This document shows, piece by piece, positions 12,401 to 24,195 of a DNA stretch of 64,000 nucleotides. The notes below the pieces were generated by a model. That model was not told the DNA's origin. It saw only the letters and a program-made list of their open reading frames with translations, and searched no databases. The translations under genes and the position numbers were made by a program. Source of the stretch: Pristiophorus japonicus. Its lineage: Eukaryota. Position 1 is the first letter of the stretch. Every line of letters begins with the position of its first letter. Location: positions 31,930,001-31,994,000 of the forward strand of contig NC_091991.1 in the NCBI RefSeq assembly GCF_044704955.1, read 5' to 3'.

Positions 12401-14352
12401 ATTAATTGCCTGCTGTGCTGGTCTATAACACTCAGTAATTTACAACTCAGTGGCGTTTTCAGAGTCTGATCAATAATGGAGTTTGTGATTGCAAATGATT
12501 TAAAAACAAGATGAAGCATGAATTTTCAACCTCTTTTCAGGTAAAGTTTTATAGGAAAATAGCTTACTTACTTCAGAAACAGCAGGGATAATTACAGCAT
12601 CTGTCTTATACTGCAAATTTAAAGCAACCATTGTTCACAAAAATATATTTATTCATATTTATTTATTCAACAGCAGGTAGCACCAGCAACATTTATTTTC
12701 AGGAGCCAATCAGAAAACACTTGCTTCACTGGCCCTAGGCAGGATTTCCACTCTCCGGAAACTTCAGCTCATCCAAAGCTGTTGCCCATATTCTAATTCA
12801 CATCAAGTCCCATTCACCCACTCAGTGACCGACGTTGCTTCCTGGTCCAGCAAAGTCGCAAATTTAAAATTCTCATTCTGGTGTTCGAATTCCTCCCCAT
12901 CTCCGATACCTACTCTAGCCCTTCGAGAACTCTACATGCTTGCAATTCTGGCCTCTAGTGCATCACAATTTCGTTTCTCCTACCATTGGCAGCTGTGCCC
13001 TCAGCTATCCAGGCACTATGCTCTGAAATTCTCTCCCTAAACCTCTCCTTTAAGACTACCTCTTTGACTAGGCTTTTGGTCACCTGTCCTCATATCTATG
13101 TGGCTGTGTCAAAACGCGACTGATAACATAAAATGTTCCACGAGATTTCACAGGAGCGTTAAGCATCATTTCTACTTAGAATTATAAACAACTATTGATC
13201 GCAAAGACTTTGTGCAACTGTGGTATCTATTTACTTAAAGAAGAAAATAATTGTGTTTTCCAGGAATGAACCAATTGTCACTTCAGTTTGTGGGAAGAAC
13301 TTTTATAAGAAATTCTTTCCCAAATTCTGACTTGAGATATGAACTTGTCCCTTTAGAACAATCTCGCAGTAGTAACATGCACGATTATAAACGTGGAAAT
13401 TTCATTTCCAACTGTCAAGTCACACTTTAGGATTATAGTGTGACTCCTGCAGATTTCTATCACTTCACTTGATTAACAAATTCAGAAAACATAACCAGAA
13501 CTCAGCAACTGTAAATACCAATAAACATTTATATTGAAACACAGAAACTAAACCAAATGACTTGCTTATGAACCAAAGTAGGACTTTACGAACAACAAGG
13601 TCAGACCAGTTAGCAAAATGTCTGATAGATGCACTTTAAAAATTAATACATTTTGGGAGGAAATCCAAAAGCGGTTGCTACATTTCAACTGCATTTCTCA
13701 CATCAAGACAGAAGAGCCAAAATTTCCTGCAAACTAAAATGCCCCAAAAACCCAAACCATCATTTTGACCTCTGCTGAATTAACTGTCCAAATGAGTGAG
13801 ACAAAAGGAGAATTGGATAAGTACATGAAAGAAAACATTTTGCAGGCTTATAGGGAAAGGATGGGAGAGTGGGACTAGCTGAAGTGCTCTTGCAGAGAGC
13901 CGGCATAGGCTCAATGGACCTCCTCCTGTGCTGTAACCATTCTATGATTTTATCACTGACAAGAAATGGATTTGTAGTATCACCCCGACTCAGTAAATAT
14001 CACTTTCGCTTCTAGTTGAGGTGGTCATGGGTTCAAGCCCACACTAGTATTTAAGCATGTAATCTAAGGTAACAATCCAGCACTGTATAGAAGGAAAACA
14101 GTCAGAGATGCTATTGACGGTAGCAGAAGCTAAACCGAGCCTCACCTGCCCCAGGCAGAGGTCTCCTAGGCAACACCATCGGACAGATCGGTCATATAAC
14201 TGCCAAATTTAGTTACGTAAACGCCCATACAAGAGAGAAGAATTTGGAGATAATGACATTAAAGATGGTTATATAAATGTAAGTATACAAATAAAAGAAA
14301 ACTAATCTTCATGCCTAAAAAAGGACAGGAGGCAGTAACTGTCGGCCAGGCT

Positions 14353-14358
14353 TTTATT
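14353..14358 (-). terminator. RPL18A: RPL18A polyadenylation signal AATAAA
   Basis: AATAAA on the minus strand about 33 nt after the stop codon. Confidence 0.8.
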
Positions 14359-14390
14359 TTCATACCGATCCAACAGTATACCAATACATT

Positions 14391-14483
<93 letters not shown>

Positions 14484-14585
14484 CTAGAAGACAGTTCAAT
14501 AATCAGAAACAAAGCAGAGATAATATACACACAAGACTCAAGTCTTCAAATGAAGAGAACACAAATAAATACACTCGACACTTAC

Positions 14586-14695
14586 ATGGAACTGCTTAAT
14601 AGCAGGCCGGCGACACTTGCTCGATAGAATCTCTTCCACCTTCATGATCTGAATGGAGTGAGCACGAGCACGATGGCGAGCCCCCATGTCACGGT
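14586..14695 (-). CDS. RPL18A: RPL18A exon 4
   Basis: (Y)[36 protein letters not shown], 110 nt, AG/GT ends, phases match the neighbouring exons. Confidence 0.97.
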
Positions 14696-16994
14696 CTACA
14701 AAGAAATGCAAATAAATGAGCGCACAAGGAAACCTCAAACATAACCAACAAATAACAGCAAAGAGCAACAGGTACAAGACATTTCATTCCTGCAAATATG
14801 GTTCTGGGGACTCCATACCAGCTGGAATGTGAAAAACCAGTTAACCACCATCTCTACCTTTATATTAATTCCAGAACAAAGCTATGTCTTGGTGCATTAC
14901 TTAGCAACATACCATGGAACCTTGTGATCCGCATATAAAGTTTAAGTATCGGTTTTTGTTAGTTAGCTATGGATACCAACAGGTCCTTTCTTGTCTTCCG
15001 ATTTAAGATTTATAATGTTAAGCAATAATATCGAGGTCAGCCAGGACCACAAACTTCAAACACCACGGGAAATAACCTCAGCTAGAACTGAACTGCCTGG
15101 ACGGGATTGACTGGTTGTACATGACCCACAGGCCATAGCTCAAGACACTGGTTTGGATTTTCCAACAGCACGGTAACTTAAGTGTTACCCCAGCCCCGAA
15201 TGGCATTATATCGAAAAAGCTGCAACATTTCAACCATCGCCACTGTGTTTTTAAACAGCAATTACATGCGATGTCATACTATCTAGCTTTAGAAGATAAT
15301 TTGTAAGTAAAAGTGGCATGTCAATTAGACCTTCAATTAGTCAAAGCATACATTCTTCAATTTCCTGGTCTTATCATAATGAATGAAATAAAACTGAATT
15401 CACACAATTTAAAAAATGACATTAAAAAGGGGATTCCAGTGGTAACTGCACCATTTTGCCAAATTGTGTGCATAATGGTCTACAAAAGCATAGCAACATA
15501 AGAAGGTATAGCACTTAAAGCTGCAAGATGTCACTCTGAAGGCAGGTTTTCAAACAGTGTCTACAAAGGAATCCCAGGCAGTTACAATTAGAGTTCTGTA
15601 TTTGTGGTGTGTAATTTCTGTTGTTGTATACTAATAAAAATACTTTTTGTAGTTTTTCTTTGGTGAGCCGAGGTATGGTTGTCTCAGGAGTGCCAATTGC
15701 ACAGCAACGTTTGAAAACCGCTTATGAATTTGGGGTGAGTTAACAGATTCTTTCAAGTTCTAAAAACATCACAAACAGATTATTTGGTCATTATCACATT
15801 GCTGTTTGTGGGAGTTTGCTATGAGCAAATTGGTTGCCGCATTTCCCACATGACAAGTGACTATGTAACAGAATTCCCAAACGTCACCACCCTTAAATGT
15901 AAATTGTCCAGTTTCATTTTTTTTTTTTAAATTGCTCCCAAAAAGACATCTTGCAAATGTAAAATACAGAATATGAACACTCAGAAACTCCCTCAGTTGA
16001 GCAGCAGTTTGACTAAAAACCATGATAGTGGAGTACACAAATACACAATCTCAACCCAGATTGCAGTTAAACAAGATTTATTCCTTCCTTTGTAACAGCC
16101 GTGTTTACAACAAATTTGATGTTTACATCCGCAGTACAAGCGAGGAAACCACTGCGCTCGAAGGTGCCACTTTAAGGTAGCAATAAATATTAAACCTTCA
16201 TGCCTATATATCATAATTACTGGCCATTGCTTCAATGTAAAAAATGGGTTACCTTTTGCAGAACTGGAAAACAAAGCTGCATCAAAAAAAATACAGCACT
16301 TCTAGATTATACACACACCCACAAATCAAGGTTGACTAGGGACTAAAACAAACAGTAAAATTAAGCAGGGCACAAGTTAATGCCCAATGACTAGCCCACC
16401 AATCAGACGTATTTTGCCTTTGTGGACCACATGGGTGCGTAGCAGGAGGCCAAGCATGAACTTCATTTAATTTAATAACTTGGAATGCACTGCCCGATAG
16501 GGCGGCGGATGCAGATTCAATAGTAGCCTTCAAAGGAGAATTGGACAAATACTCGAGAGAGAAAAATTGCAGGGCTATGGGGGAAGAGTGGGGTTGGGGA
16601 TTTGGACTGACTGGATTGCTCTTCGAAAGAGCTGGCGCAAACTCGATGGGCCGAATGGCCCCCTTCTGTACTATTCATGAATTTGCACATCTCAAACTGT
16701 ATGTTCTAGGATATCTCGGTATTCTGACCTACACCAGTTGAGAGGTGCATTTTCCCTTCAGTTTTTAATAAAAGCACCATATTCTGTTAGCTGGAGTTGA
16801 AAATCCCCCACGTAACACAATCCAGTTTGCCATGGTGACTTCAGCTGCGCTGGGCTGTACACCAAGTAGCATCTACCACCCTTGCCACTTGAATAGCTTA
16901 ACTGATGGGATAACACTTTTAAGGGAATTACAAGTAGAAACATTTAGCAGTTGAATAATTAAACCAACCCACTAAAACTTTATTGCATTTATTA

Positions 16995-18555
16995 GGCAGG
17001 AAATTGTGTTAGGGAAATTGATGGGATTGAAGGCCGATAAATTCCCAATGCCTGATAAATCTGCATCCCAGAGTACTTAAGGAAGTGGCCTTAGAAATAG
17101 TGGATGCATTGGTGATCATTTTCCAACAGTCTATCAACTCTGGATCAGTTCCTATGGACTGGGGGGTAGCTAATGTGACACCACTTTAAAAAAAAAAAGG
17201 AGAGAAAACAGGTAATTATAGACCAGTTAGCCTGACATCAATAGTGGGGAAAATGTAGGAATCAATTATTAAAGATGAAATAGCAGCGCATTTGGAAAGC
17301 AGTGATAGGATCGGTGCAAGTCAGCATGGATTTATGAAAGGGAAATCATGCTCGACAAACCTTCTAGAATTTTTTTGAGGATGTAACTAGTAGAGTGGAC
17401 AAGCGAGATGTAGTGTATTTGGACTTTCAAAAGGCTTTTGACAAGGTCCCACAGAAGAGATTGGTGTGCAAAATTAAAGCGCATGGTATTGGAGGTAATG
17501 TACTGACGTGGATAGAGAACTGGTTGGTAGACAGGAAGCAGAGAGTCGGGATAAACGGGTCCTTTTCAGAATGGCAGGCAGTGACTAGTGGGGTGCCGCA
17601 GGGCTCAGTGCTGGGACCCCAGCTATTTACAGTATACATTAATGATTTAGATGAAGGAACTGAGTGTAATATCTCCAAGTTTGCAGATGACACTAAGCTG
17701 GGTGGCGGTGTGAGCTGTGAGGAGGATGCTAAGAGACTGCAGGGTGACTTGGACAGGTTAGGTGAGTGGGCAAATGCATGGCAGATACAGTTTAACGTGG
17801 ATAAATGTGAGGTTATCCACTTTGGGGGCAAAAACACAAAGGCAGATTATCTGAATGGCGGCAGATTAGGAAAACTGGAGGTGCAACGAGACCTGGGTGT
17901 CATGGTACATCAGTCATTGAAAGTTGGCATGCAGGTACAGTGAAGGTGGCAAATGGTATGTTGGCCTTCATAGCTAGGGGATTTGAGTATAGGAGCAGGG
18001 AGGTCTTACTGCAGTTGTACAGTGCCTTCGTGATGCCTCACCTGGAATATTGTGTGCAGTTTTGGTCTCCTAATCTGAGGAAGGACATTCTTGCTATTGA
18101 GAGAGTGCAGCGAAGGTTCACCAGACTGATTCCCGGGATGGCAGGACTGACATATGAGGAGAGACTGGATCGACTGGGCCGGTATTCACTGGAGTTTAAA
18201 AGGATGAGAGGGGATCTCATAGAAACATATAAAATTCTGATGGGACTGGACAGGTTAGATGCAGGAAGAATGTTCCCGATGTTGGGGAAGTCCAGAACCA
18301 GGGGACATAGTCTTAAGGATAAGGGGTAAGCCATTTAGTTGTTAACCCGTGGAATTCCCTACCGCAGAGTGTTGTTGATGCCAGTTCATTGGATATATTC
18401 AAGAGGGCGTTAGATATGGCTCTTACGGCTAAAGGGATCAAGGGGTATGGAGAGAAAGCAGGAAAGGGGTACTGAGGTGGATGATCAGCCATGATCTTAT
18501 TGAATGGTGGTGCAGGCTCGAATGGCCTACTCCTGCACCTATTTTCTATGTTTCT
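16995..18555 (+). mobile_element. CR1/HER1-like LINE 3' 1.5 kb (RT region) in RPL18A intron 3, antisense to the host
   Basis: ORFs 17395-17943 and 17940-18329 carry [30 protein letters not shown] and RTRGHSL; ends in a tttctatg tail. Confidence 0.92.
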
Positions 18556-18619
18556 AACCCACATTATTACACTTCTAAAACCATTTGTCCTAGATGTTAT
18601 TGTTTACAACACAAAGCTA

Positions 18620-18754
<135 letters not shown>

Positions 18755-19000
18755 CTACAGGAATGAAACAAACCTATTAGCACTGCTCAACAAAATGCAA
18801 ATGAAAGCAAATCCTTGCATTAGACCATTAAGGTCAGAATAAGGTCCCTTTGAGGTTATCTTTCGAGACCCCTCCAATCTGTGGATATGGTTTAGAATGA
18901 TATACTAAAGATGCTAGATTTTCCACAATATTTATCCAGTCTCGTGAATGTGGTTCGCTTTATTTTTGAACAGATGCTCCACAGTTAGGAATTGGACCAA

Positions 19001-19222
19001 ATAAAAACAGAAAATGCTGGAAATCTCAGGGCAGGCAGCATCTGTGGAGAGAGAAACATCGTTAACGTTTCAGGTTGGTGACACTTAGTCAGAACTCTTC
19101 GTCAGAGACCTAAAACATTAACTCTGTTTCTCGCCACAGATGCTGCCTGACCCGCTGAGATTTCCAGCATTTTCTGTTTTTTTTTCAAATTCCAGCATCC
19201 ACAGTATTTTGCTTTTGTAATA
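19001..19222. mobile_element. Palindromic Penelope-derived short element with a 12-bp target-site duplication
   Basis: Inverted arms at about 19003-19073 and 19107-19180; GAATTGGACCAA is present at 18989-19000 and 19223-19234. Confidence 0.75.
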
Positions 19223-19469
19223 GAATTGGACCAACATTTCAGATATATCCCGTAATTTTTTTTGAGACATACCCCTTACTTATTTGAAATCATTTAAAAA
19301 TCATGTTTTCATAATGGCGCCAAACTCAAGGAGAGCACAGTGCCTGAAAGGAAACAGTCGTTTTAGGAAATTAGACATACTTGAAAATAGAGAATCAAAA
19401 AAAGCCTCATTTCAAGGCTGTAGTCAGAGACATATTGAAGTTAATCGTGAACACTACATGGCGGAATAA

Positions 19470-20050
19470 CCAGCATTTATATAGCGCTTTTAGCGTAGTA
19501 AAACATCCAAGACACTTCACAGGAGTTTTATCAGACAAAATTTGACACCACGCCAGACAAAGATTAGGGCAGGCGAAGGTGGCTTCAAGGAGCATCTTAA
19601 AAGGAGGGAAAAGAGGGAATTCCAGAGTTTTGGGCCTAGGCAGCTGAAAGGCACGACCGCCAATGGTTGAGCGATTAAAATCGGGGATGCGCAAGAGGCC
19701 AGAATTAGAGGAGTGCAGATATCTCGGGGGCGGGGTTTGTGGGCTGGAGGAGATTATAGAGACAGGGAGGGGTGAGGCCATGGAGGGATATGAAAGCAAG
19801 GATGAGGATTTTAAAAATCGAGGTGTTGCCAGACCAGGAGCCAATGTAGGTCAGTCAGCGAGCACAGGGGTAATGGTTGAGTGGGACTTGGTGCGAGTTA
19901 AGATACGGGCAGCATAATTTTGGATGAGCTTAACTTTATGGAGAGTGGAAGATGGGGGAGCTGGCCAGGAGTGTGTTGGAATAGTCAACTCTAGATATAA
20001 CAAAGGATGAGGATTTCAGCAGTGGATGAGCTGAGGCAGAGCGCAGTTGG
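19470..20050 (-). mobile_element. L2-type LINE 3' fragment
   Basis: Same tail as the other L2 copies, with RSTIGGRAF and HWLL-type coding remnants. Confidence 0.75.
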
Positions 20051-20414
20051 ACAAAAATAACTGGTTATGGGACACTCATTTCATACACAATTTCTTCAAA
20101 CCCCAGAGAACAGATAAAACAAACTTCAGAACTCACTTGAACCATTATAAGTTACAGGTTATTTTAAGACTCATCAAACCCAGCTACTAGCATGCAGATT
20201 CACAATGCAACCTGTATTCGGCAAGTGGTAAATCCAGCCTTAATGTTACAATGCAGCGAGTTTATTATAAAGGGCAAACATTGCTGCACCTGGACTAAAG
20301 TGATAGCCGGCATGTCAATCACCTGTGAACTTTATATTAGACTGCCAGAGGACCAAAAGATGTAGAGTAATAACATGAAATGGGGAAGCTGAGAGTTTAG
20401 AGGTTTTAAAATGT

Positions 20415-20485
20415 GGTCTGGTGGTCCAGTGCTTAGGATTGAGTATTCTCACTGCTGTGGCCGGGTTTGATTCTTGGCCAGGGAA
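20415..20485 (+). pseudogene. tRNA-Glu(CTC) pseudogene
   Basis: ggtctggtggtccagtgcttaggattgagtattctcactgctgtggccgggtttgattcttggccagggaa is colinear with recalled vertebrate tRNA-Glu-CTC. The acceptor and anticodon stems are broken and TTCGA has become TTTGA. Confidence 0.75.
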
Positions 20486-20499
20486 CATGACTTTCTTTT

Positions 20500-21170
20500 T
20501 ACAGTTCTCAACCTTGGTATCATATTGGACCCCAAAATGAGCTTCCAATCACATATCCGCGCAGTCACTAAGCCAACCTATTTCCACCTCTGCAACATCG
20601 CCCTACTCCACCCCTGTCTCAGCTCATCTGGTCCGGAAACCCTCATCCATGCCTGTGTTACCTCTAGATGTCACTATTCCAATGCTCTCCTGGCCTGCCT
20701 CTGACATTCCACACTCCATAAACTAGAGCTCACCCAAAACTTCTGCCTGTGTCCTAACTCGCACCGTCCCGTTGACCAATCACTCCCGTGCGCTTGCTGA
20801 CATTTAAGCAATGTCTCCATTTTTAAATTCTCAAGTCTTATTTTCAAATCCCCCCCATGGCCTCGCTCTCTAATCTCCTCCAGCCCTACAACCGCTCGAG
20901 ATGTCTGTGCTCCTAATTCTGCCCTTTTGAGCATCCCTGATTTTAATCACTCCACCATTGATGGCTATGCCTTCAGCTGCCCCAAGCTCTGGAATTCCCT
21001 CCCTGAACCTCTCTTTCCTCCTTAATAAGACACTCTTTAAAACCTTCCTCACTGACCAAGCTTTTGGTCATCTCATGTGGCTCGTGTCAAATTTCAATAT
21101 AAAACGCTCCTGTGAAGAGGCTTGGGACGTTTCACTGTTAAACGGTGCTAAATACAAGCTGTTGTTTTGT
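20500..21170 (+). mobile_element. L2-type LINE 3' fragment
   Basis: NLGIILDPKMSFQSHI..YFHLCNIA..ETLIHACVTSR..YSNALL is typical of the L2 ORF2 C-terminus; an L2 tail follows. Confidence 0.8.
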
Positions 21171-21231
21171 ATTGGAAAGCTGACCATGCAAACATGTATT
21201 AACATTTTTAAACAGTTGAACAAAAATGTAC

Positions 21232-21411
21232 CTGTCCACAATAAACAATTTCACCAGCAGACTTTTTCAGTTTCTTCATCAAAGAAATGAAGTACCAGAA
21301 TCGAGACTTGGCAACAATATGATTTGGAGCAAAGATGCGCATCCGATACAGAGCTGGGCCAGGCTCTTTAGTTGAGGGCAGGCGCCGCCCAATCACCTTG
21401 TATTCCTTGAG
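21232..21411 (-). CDS. RPL18A: RPL18A exon 2
   Basis: [60 protein letters not shown], 180 nt, cag|C and CAG|gt. Confidence 0.97.
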
Positions 21412-21478
21412 CTGAAATATTTGGAAAATATATTAAAATGCCATAGATAACAATTTTATTAAATGTCACAATGACAAA

Positions 21479-21611
21479 TCATGTAGTACCTTCAATTTCA
21501 CTTTATGAAACATAAAAGGTTTCTAAAGGCGACAAGGTACAATTCATTTCCGCACACTAGAAAAAAGGCATTAAAACAGTAATATATAATGACTTTGGGT
21601 TTGTGTGCGCA
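21479..21611 (-). ncRNA. SNORA68: H/ACA snoRNA, SNORA68 (U68) homologue, in RPL18A intron 1
   Basis: Minus strand: hairpin gcacac..gtgtgc, H box AAATGA, hairpin gtacctt-gtcgc-cttta..taaag-tgaaattg-aaggtac, and ACA 3 nt from the end. It shares CTTGTCGCCTTT, AAAGTGAA and AAACCCAA with recalled human SNORA68, whose host is RPL18A. Confidence 0.85.
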
Positions 21612-22327
21612 AAGTTCAGAGTAAACAGCGCTGTCTACTCAGTAGCATATCCAACCATTCTGATAGCTAAAGTACAATTTTTTTATCTGGTCACCAAACT
21701 CCGTTATCCACGGAATACTGCTGGCTACACGAAATTTTGAATTTAAAGCAGAAAAAAATACTGGAGTCAGCAGGGAGTGGGACGAGCTGAGTTGCTCTTG
21801 CAGAGAGCCGGCACGGGCCCAATTGCCTTCTTCCATGTTGTAGCCATTCTATAATTTTATGGCGAGAGAAACTAGTTAACGTTTCAGTGCGATTCCTATC
21901 AGAAATTCATCGAGCCGAAACCTTGACTCCCTTTCTCCCTCTCCACACATTGCTTGGCCTATTATCTACAAGGCTGCGGGGCGGCATCAAACTTGAATTC
22001 TAAACTCGAGAGAAATGCATAAAGTGCAAGGCCAGCAATGAAAGAGCACAAATTTGATCAAGCTCTGCGGCCCTCCCAGTGCATTTGAGCTCAGCTTGAG
22101 CAGCAACTCTTGCCCTGGGTGCACGCTTTTATTTCTTTCCCTCTCTCGGCTTTATTAATCCGTACATGGGTTGTACATTTAGGTGTGTCTCTCCCCTTCT
22201 ATGGGGGGGGGGGGGGGAAGACTCGGGTGAATGGGGTCCCAGCTGCAGCACTGGGCCCCGCTCCCCCCAGCCGGCCGGCCAGCCAGCACATGGCTTCCCC
22301 CACTCCCTGCTCACACACACGGCCAGC

Positions 22328-22339
22328 GCCGCCATTTTG
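22328..22339 (-). promoter_or_regulatory. YY1 consensus site in RPL18A intron 1
   Basis: CAAAATGGCGGC on the sense strand inside the CpG island; downstream YY1 sites are typical of ribosomal protein genes. Confidence 0.6.
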
Positions 22340-22505
22340 GAGCTGCCTCCTACCACATTGTTAAAAAAAAACCTTTCTACCAAGAAACAAAGCCCCTTTC
22401 TCTTCTCAAACACCCCCTTCTCGCGGCGAGCAGGGGCCTCTCCCGCCGCCGAGGGCTGGATTATTCCCCCGCTTGGTACAGGCCGCGGCCGCCCGCCGGA
22501 CTCAC

Positions 22506-22523
22506 TGTGCCCGAAGCCTTCAT
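22506..22523 (-). CDS. RPL18A: RPL18A exon 1 coding part (MKASGT)
   Basis: ATGAAGGCTTCGGGCACA|gtgagt. The five exons sum to 531 nt (176 aa plus stop). Confidence 0.95.
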
Positions 22524-22549
22524 GTCGCTTCTCGCTCGCCTGCCACCCG

Positions 22550-22645
22550 AAAGAGGAAGTTACGTCGGCGGCGACCCCGCTCATCCCCGCTTCCTCCTCC
22601 CGTCCGGATGTGACGCATTCCAGGCGGCAGCTGATTGGCTGCCAT
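22550..22645 (-). promoter_or_regulatory. RPL18A: RPL18A core promoter: TCT initiator/5'TOP tract (CTTCCTCTTT, 22550-22559) with ETS-, CRE- and CCAAT-like motifs
   Basis: Pyrimidine tract about 30 nt upstream of the ATG. ccggatgt, tgacgca and gattggc lie at about 22604-22639, within a CpG island (about 22220-22650). Confidence 0.75.
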
Positions 22646-22729
22646 CTCCCACAGGCCTTTTCATAGACTAGATGTTGCTCATAGAACTGATGCAGCAACA
22701 ACAACAACAACTTTTATTATATCATAAAT

Positions 22730-23342
22730 ACAAAAAGCAAAAATACTGCGGGTGCTGGAACCTGAAATCAAAACAGAAAATGCTGGAAACACTCGGCGGG
22801 TCAGACAACATCTGTGGAGAGATGTGGAGGGCCCACCCCGGCAACTAAATTTTAATTTGATTTTATATGTTTTAAAGTTTAATTTGTTTAATTGCCAGAT
22901 TTTTAGTGTCCCCCTCCCCTTTTATAGGGGGCACTTGGAAAATTTATGATTTTATTGCCCCCAAAAAATAAAAAAACAAAAAAATAAATTAAAAAAACAA
23001 AAAAAGGGCAGTTGAAAAGTGGCTGGAGTGTTCCCCAGATTAGGGGGCATTTGATTTAATATTAATTATGTTTTACTCCAAAAGAGTTGTGGAGGGCCCA
23101 TCTCTGTCAAGCCTGTGTGGTAGCTGGTGTGCAACCGCCACCACACGTTAAAAAAATCCACGCACAGGCATCTTCCACCCCTTCAATTGGAGTTCAGGAC
23201 TGGAATATCGGATCCTTCATTGAAACATCTGTGAACTCATTCCTTTTGGTGTGGAAGCAAGCCATCCTCGTTTGATGATGATGATGATGTGGAGAAAGAA
23301 ACAGAGTTAACGTTTCAGGTCCTTGACCCTTTGTCAGAACTT
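22730..23342. mobile_element. Three-layer nested insertion: Penelope-like terminus > short RTE-derived element > AT-rich insert
   Basis: TSD TGTGGAGA (22813-22820 and 23288-23295) and TSD TGTGGAGGGCCCA (22823-22835 and 23088-23100); (GAT)n tail at about 23274-23288. Confidence 0.7.
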
Positions 23343-23349
23343 TTATTTA

Positions 23350-24195
23350 TACAGCACAGAAGGAGGCCATTCGACCCATTGTGTCAATGTTGACTCCCGC
23401 ACTCTGTCCCCATAGCCCTGCAAATTTCTCCTTTTCAAGTACTTATCCAGTTCTCTTTTGAAAGTTACTATTGAATCTGCTTCCACCACCCTTTCTGGCA
23501 GCGTATTCCACATCACAGCAACTCGCTGTGTAAAAAAAAAAAATCTCCTTATTTCACTCCTGGATTTTTTGCTAATTATCTCAAATCTATCCCCTCTGGT
23601 TACTGATTACCCTGCCAGCAGAAACAGTTTCTCTCTGCCTACTCTTTCAAAAGCCCTCATAACCTGGAATATTGTGTTCAGTTTTGGTCTCCGCATCCGA
23701 GGAAGGACATTCTTGCCATTGAGGGAGCGCAGCGAAGGTTCACCAGACTGATTCCAGGGATGGCTGGACTGTCATATGAGGAGAGACTGGATCAACTGGG
23801 CCTTTAGTCACTGGAGTTTAGAAGGATCAGAGGGATCTCATAGAAACGTATAAGATTCTGACGGGAGTGGACAGGTTAGATGTGGGAAGAATGTTCCCGA
23901 TGTTGGGGAGGTCCAGAAACAGTGGACATAGTCTTAGGATAAGGGGTAGGCCATTTAGGACTGAGATGAGGAGAAACTTCTTCCCTCAGAGAGTTGTTAA
24001 CCTGTGGAATTTCCTGCTGCAGAGAGTTGTTGATGCCAGTTCATTAGATATATCCCTTATGGCTAAGGGGATCAAGGGGTATGGCGAGAAAGCAGGAAAG
24101 GGATACTGAGGGAATGATCAGCCATGATCTTATTGAATGGCGGTGCAGGCTCAAAGGGTCGAATGGCCTACTCCTGCACCTATTTTCTATGTTTC
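23350..24195. mobile_element. Two CR1 3' fragments back to back (minus about 23350-23660, plus about 23660-24195)
   Basis: CR1 C-terminal coding remnants and tails point in opposite directions. Confidence 0.8.

Noticed and set aside
14795-14885. GTTCTGG/CCAGAAC stem near RPL18A exon 4 as a second H/ACA snoRNA
   Set aside because: Only a 7-bp stem, with no properly placed H box or ACA box and no SNORA68 similarity.
22110-22710. Overlapping 84-193 aa ORFs
   Set aside because: Stop-poor GC-rich CpG island of RPL18A; only the 18-nt MKASGT segment is coding.
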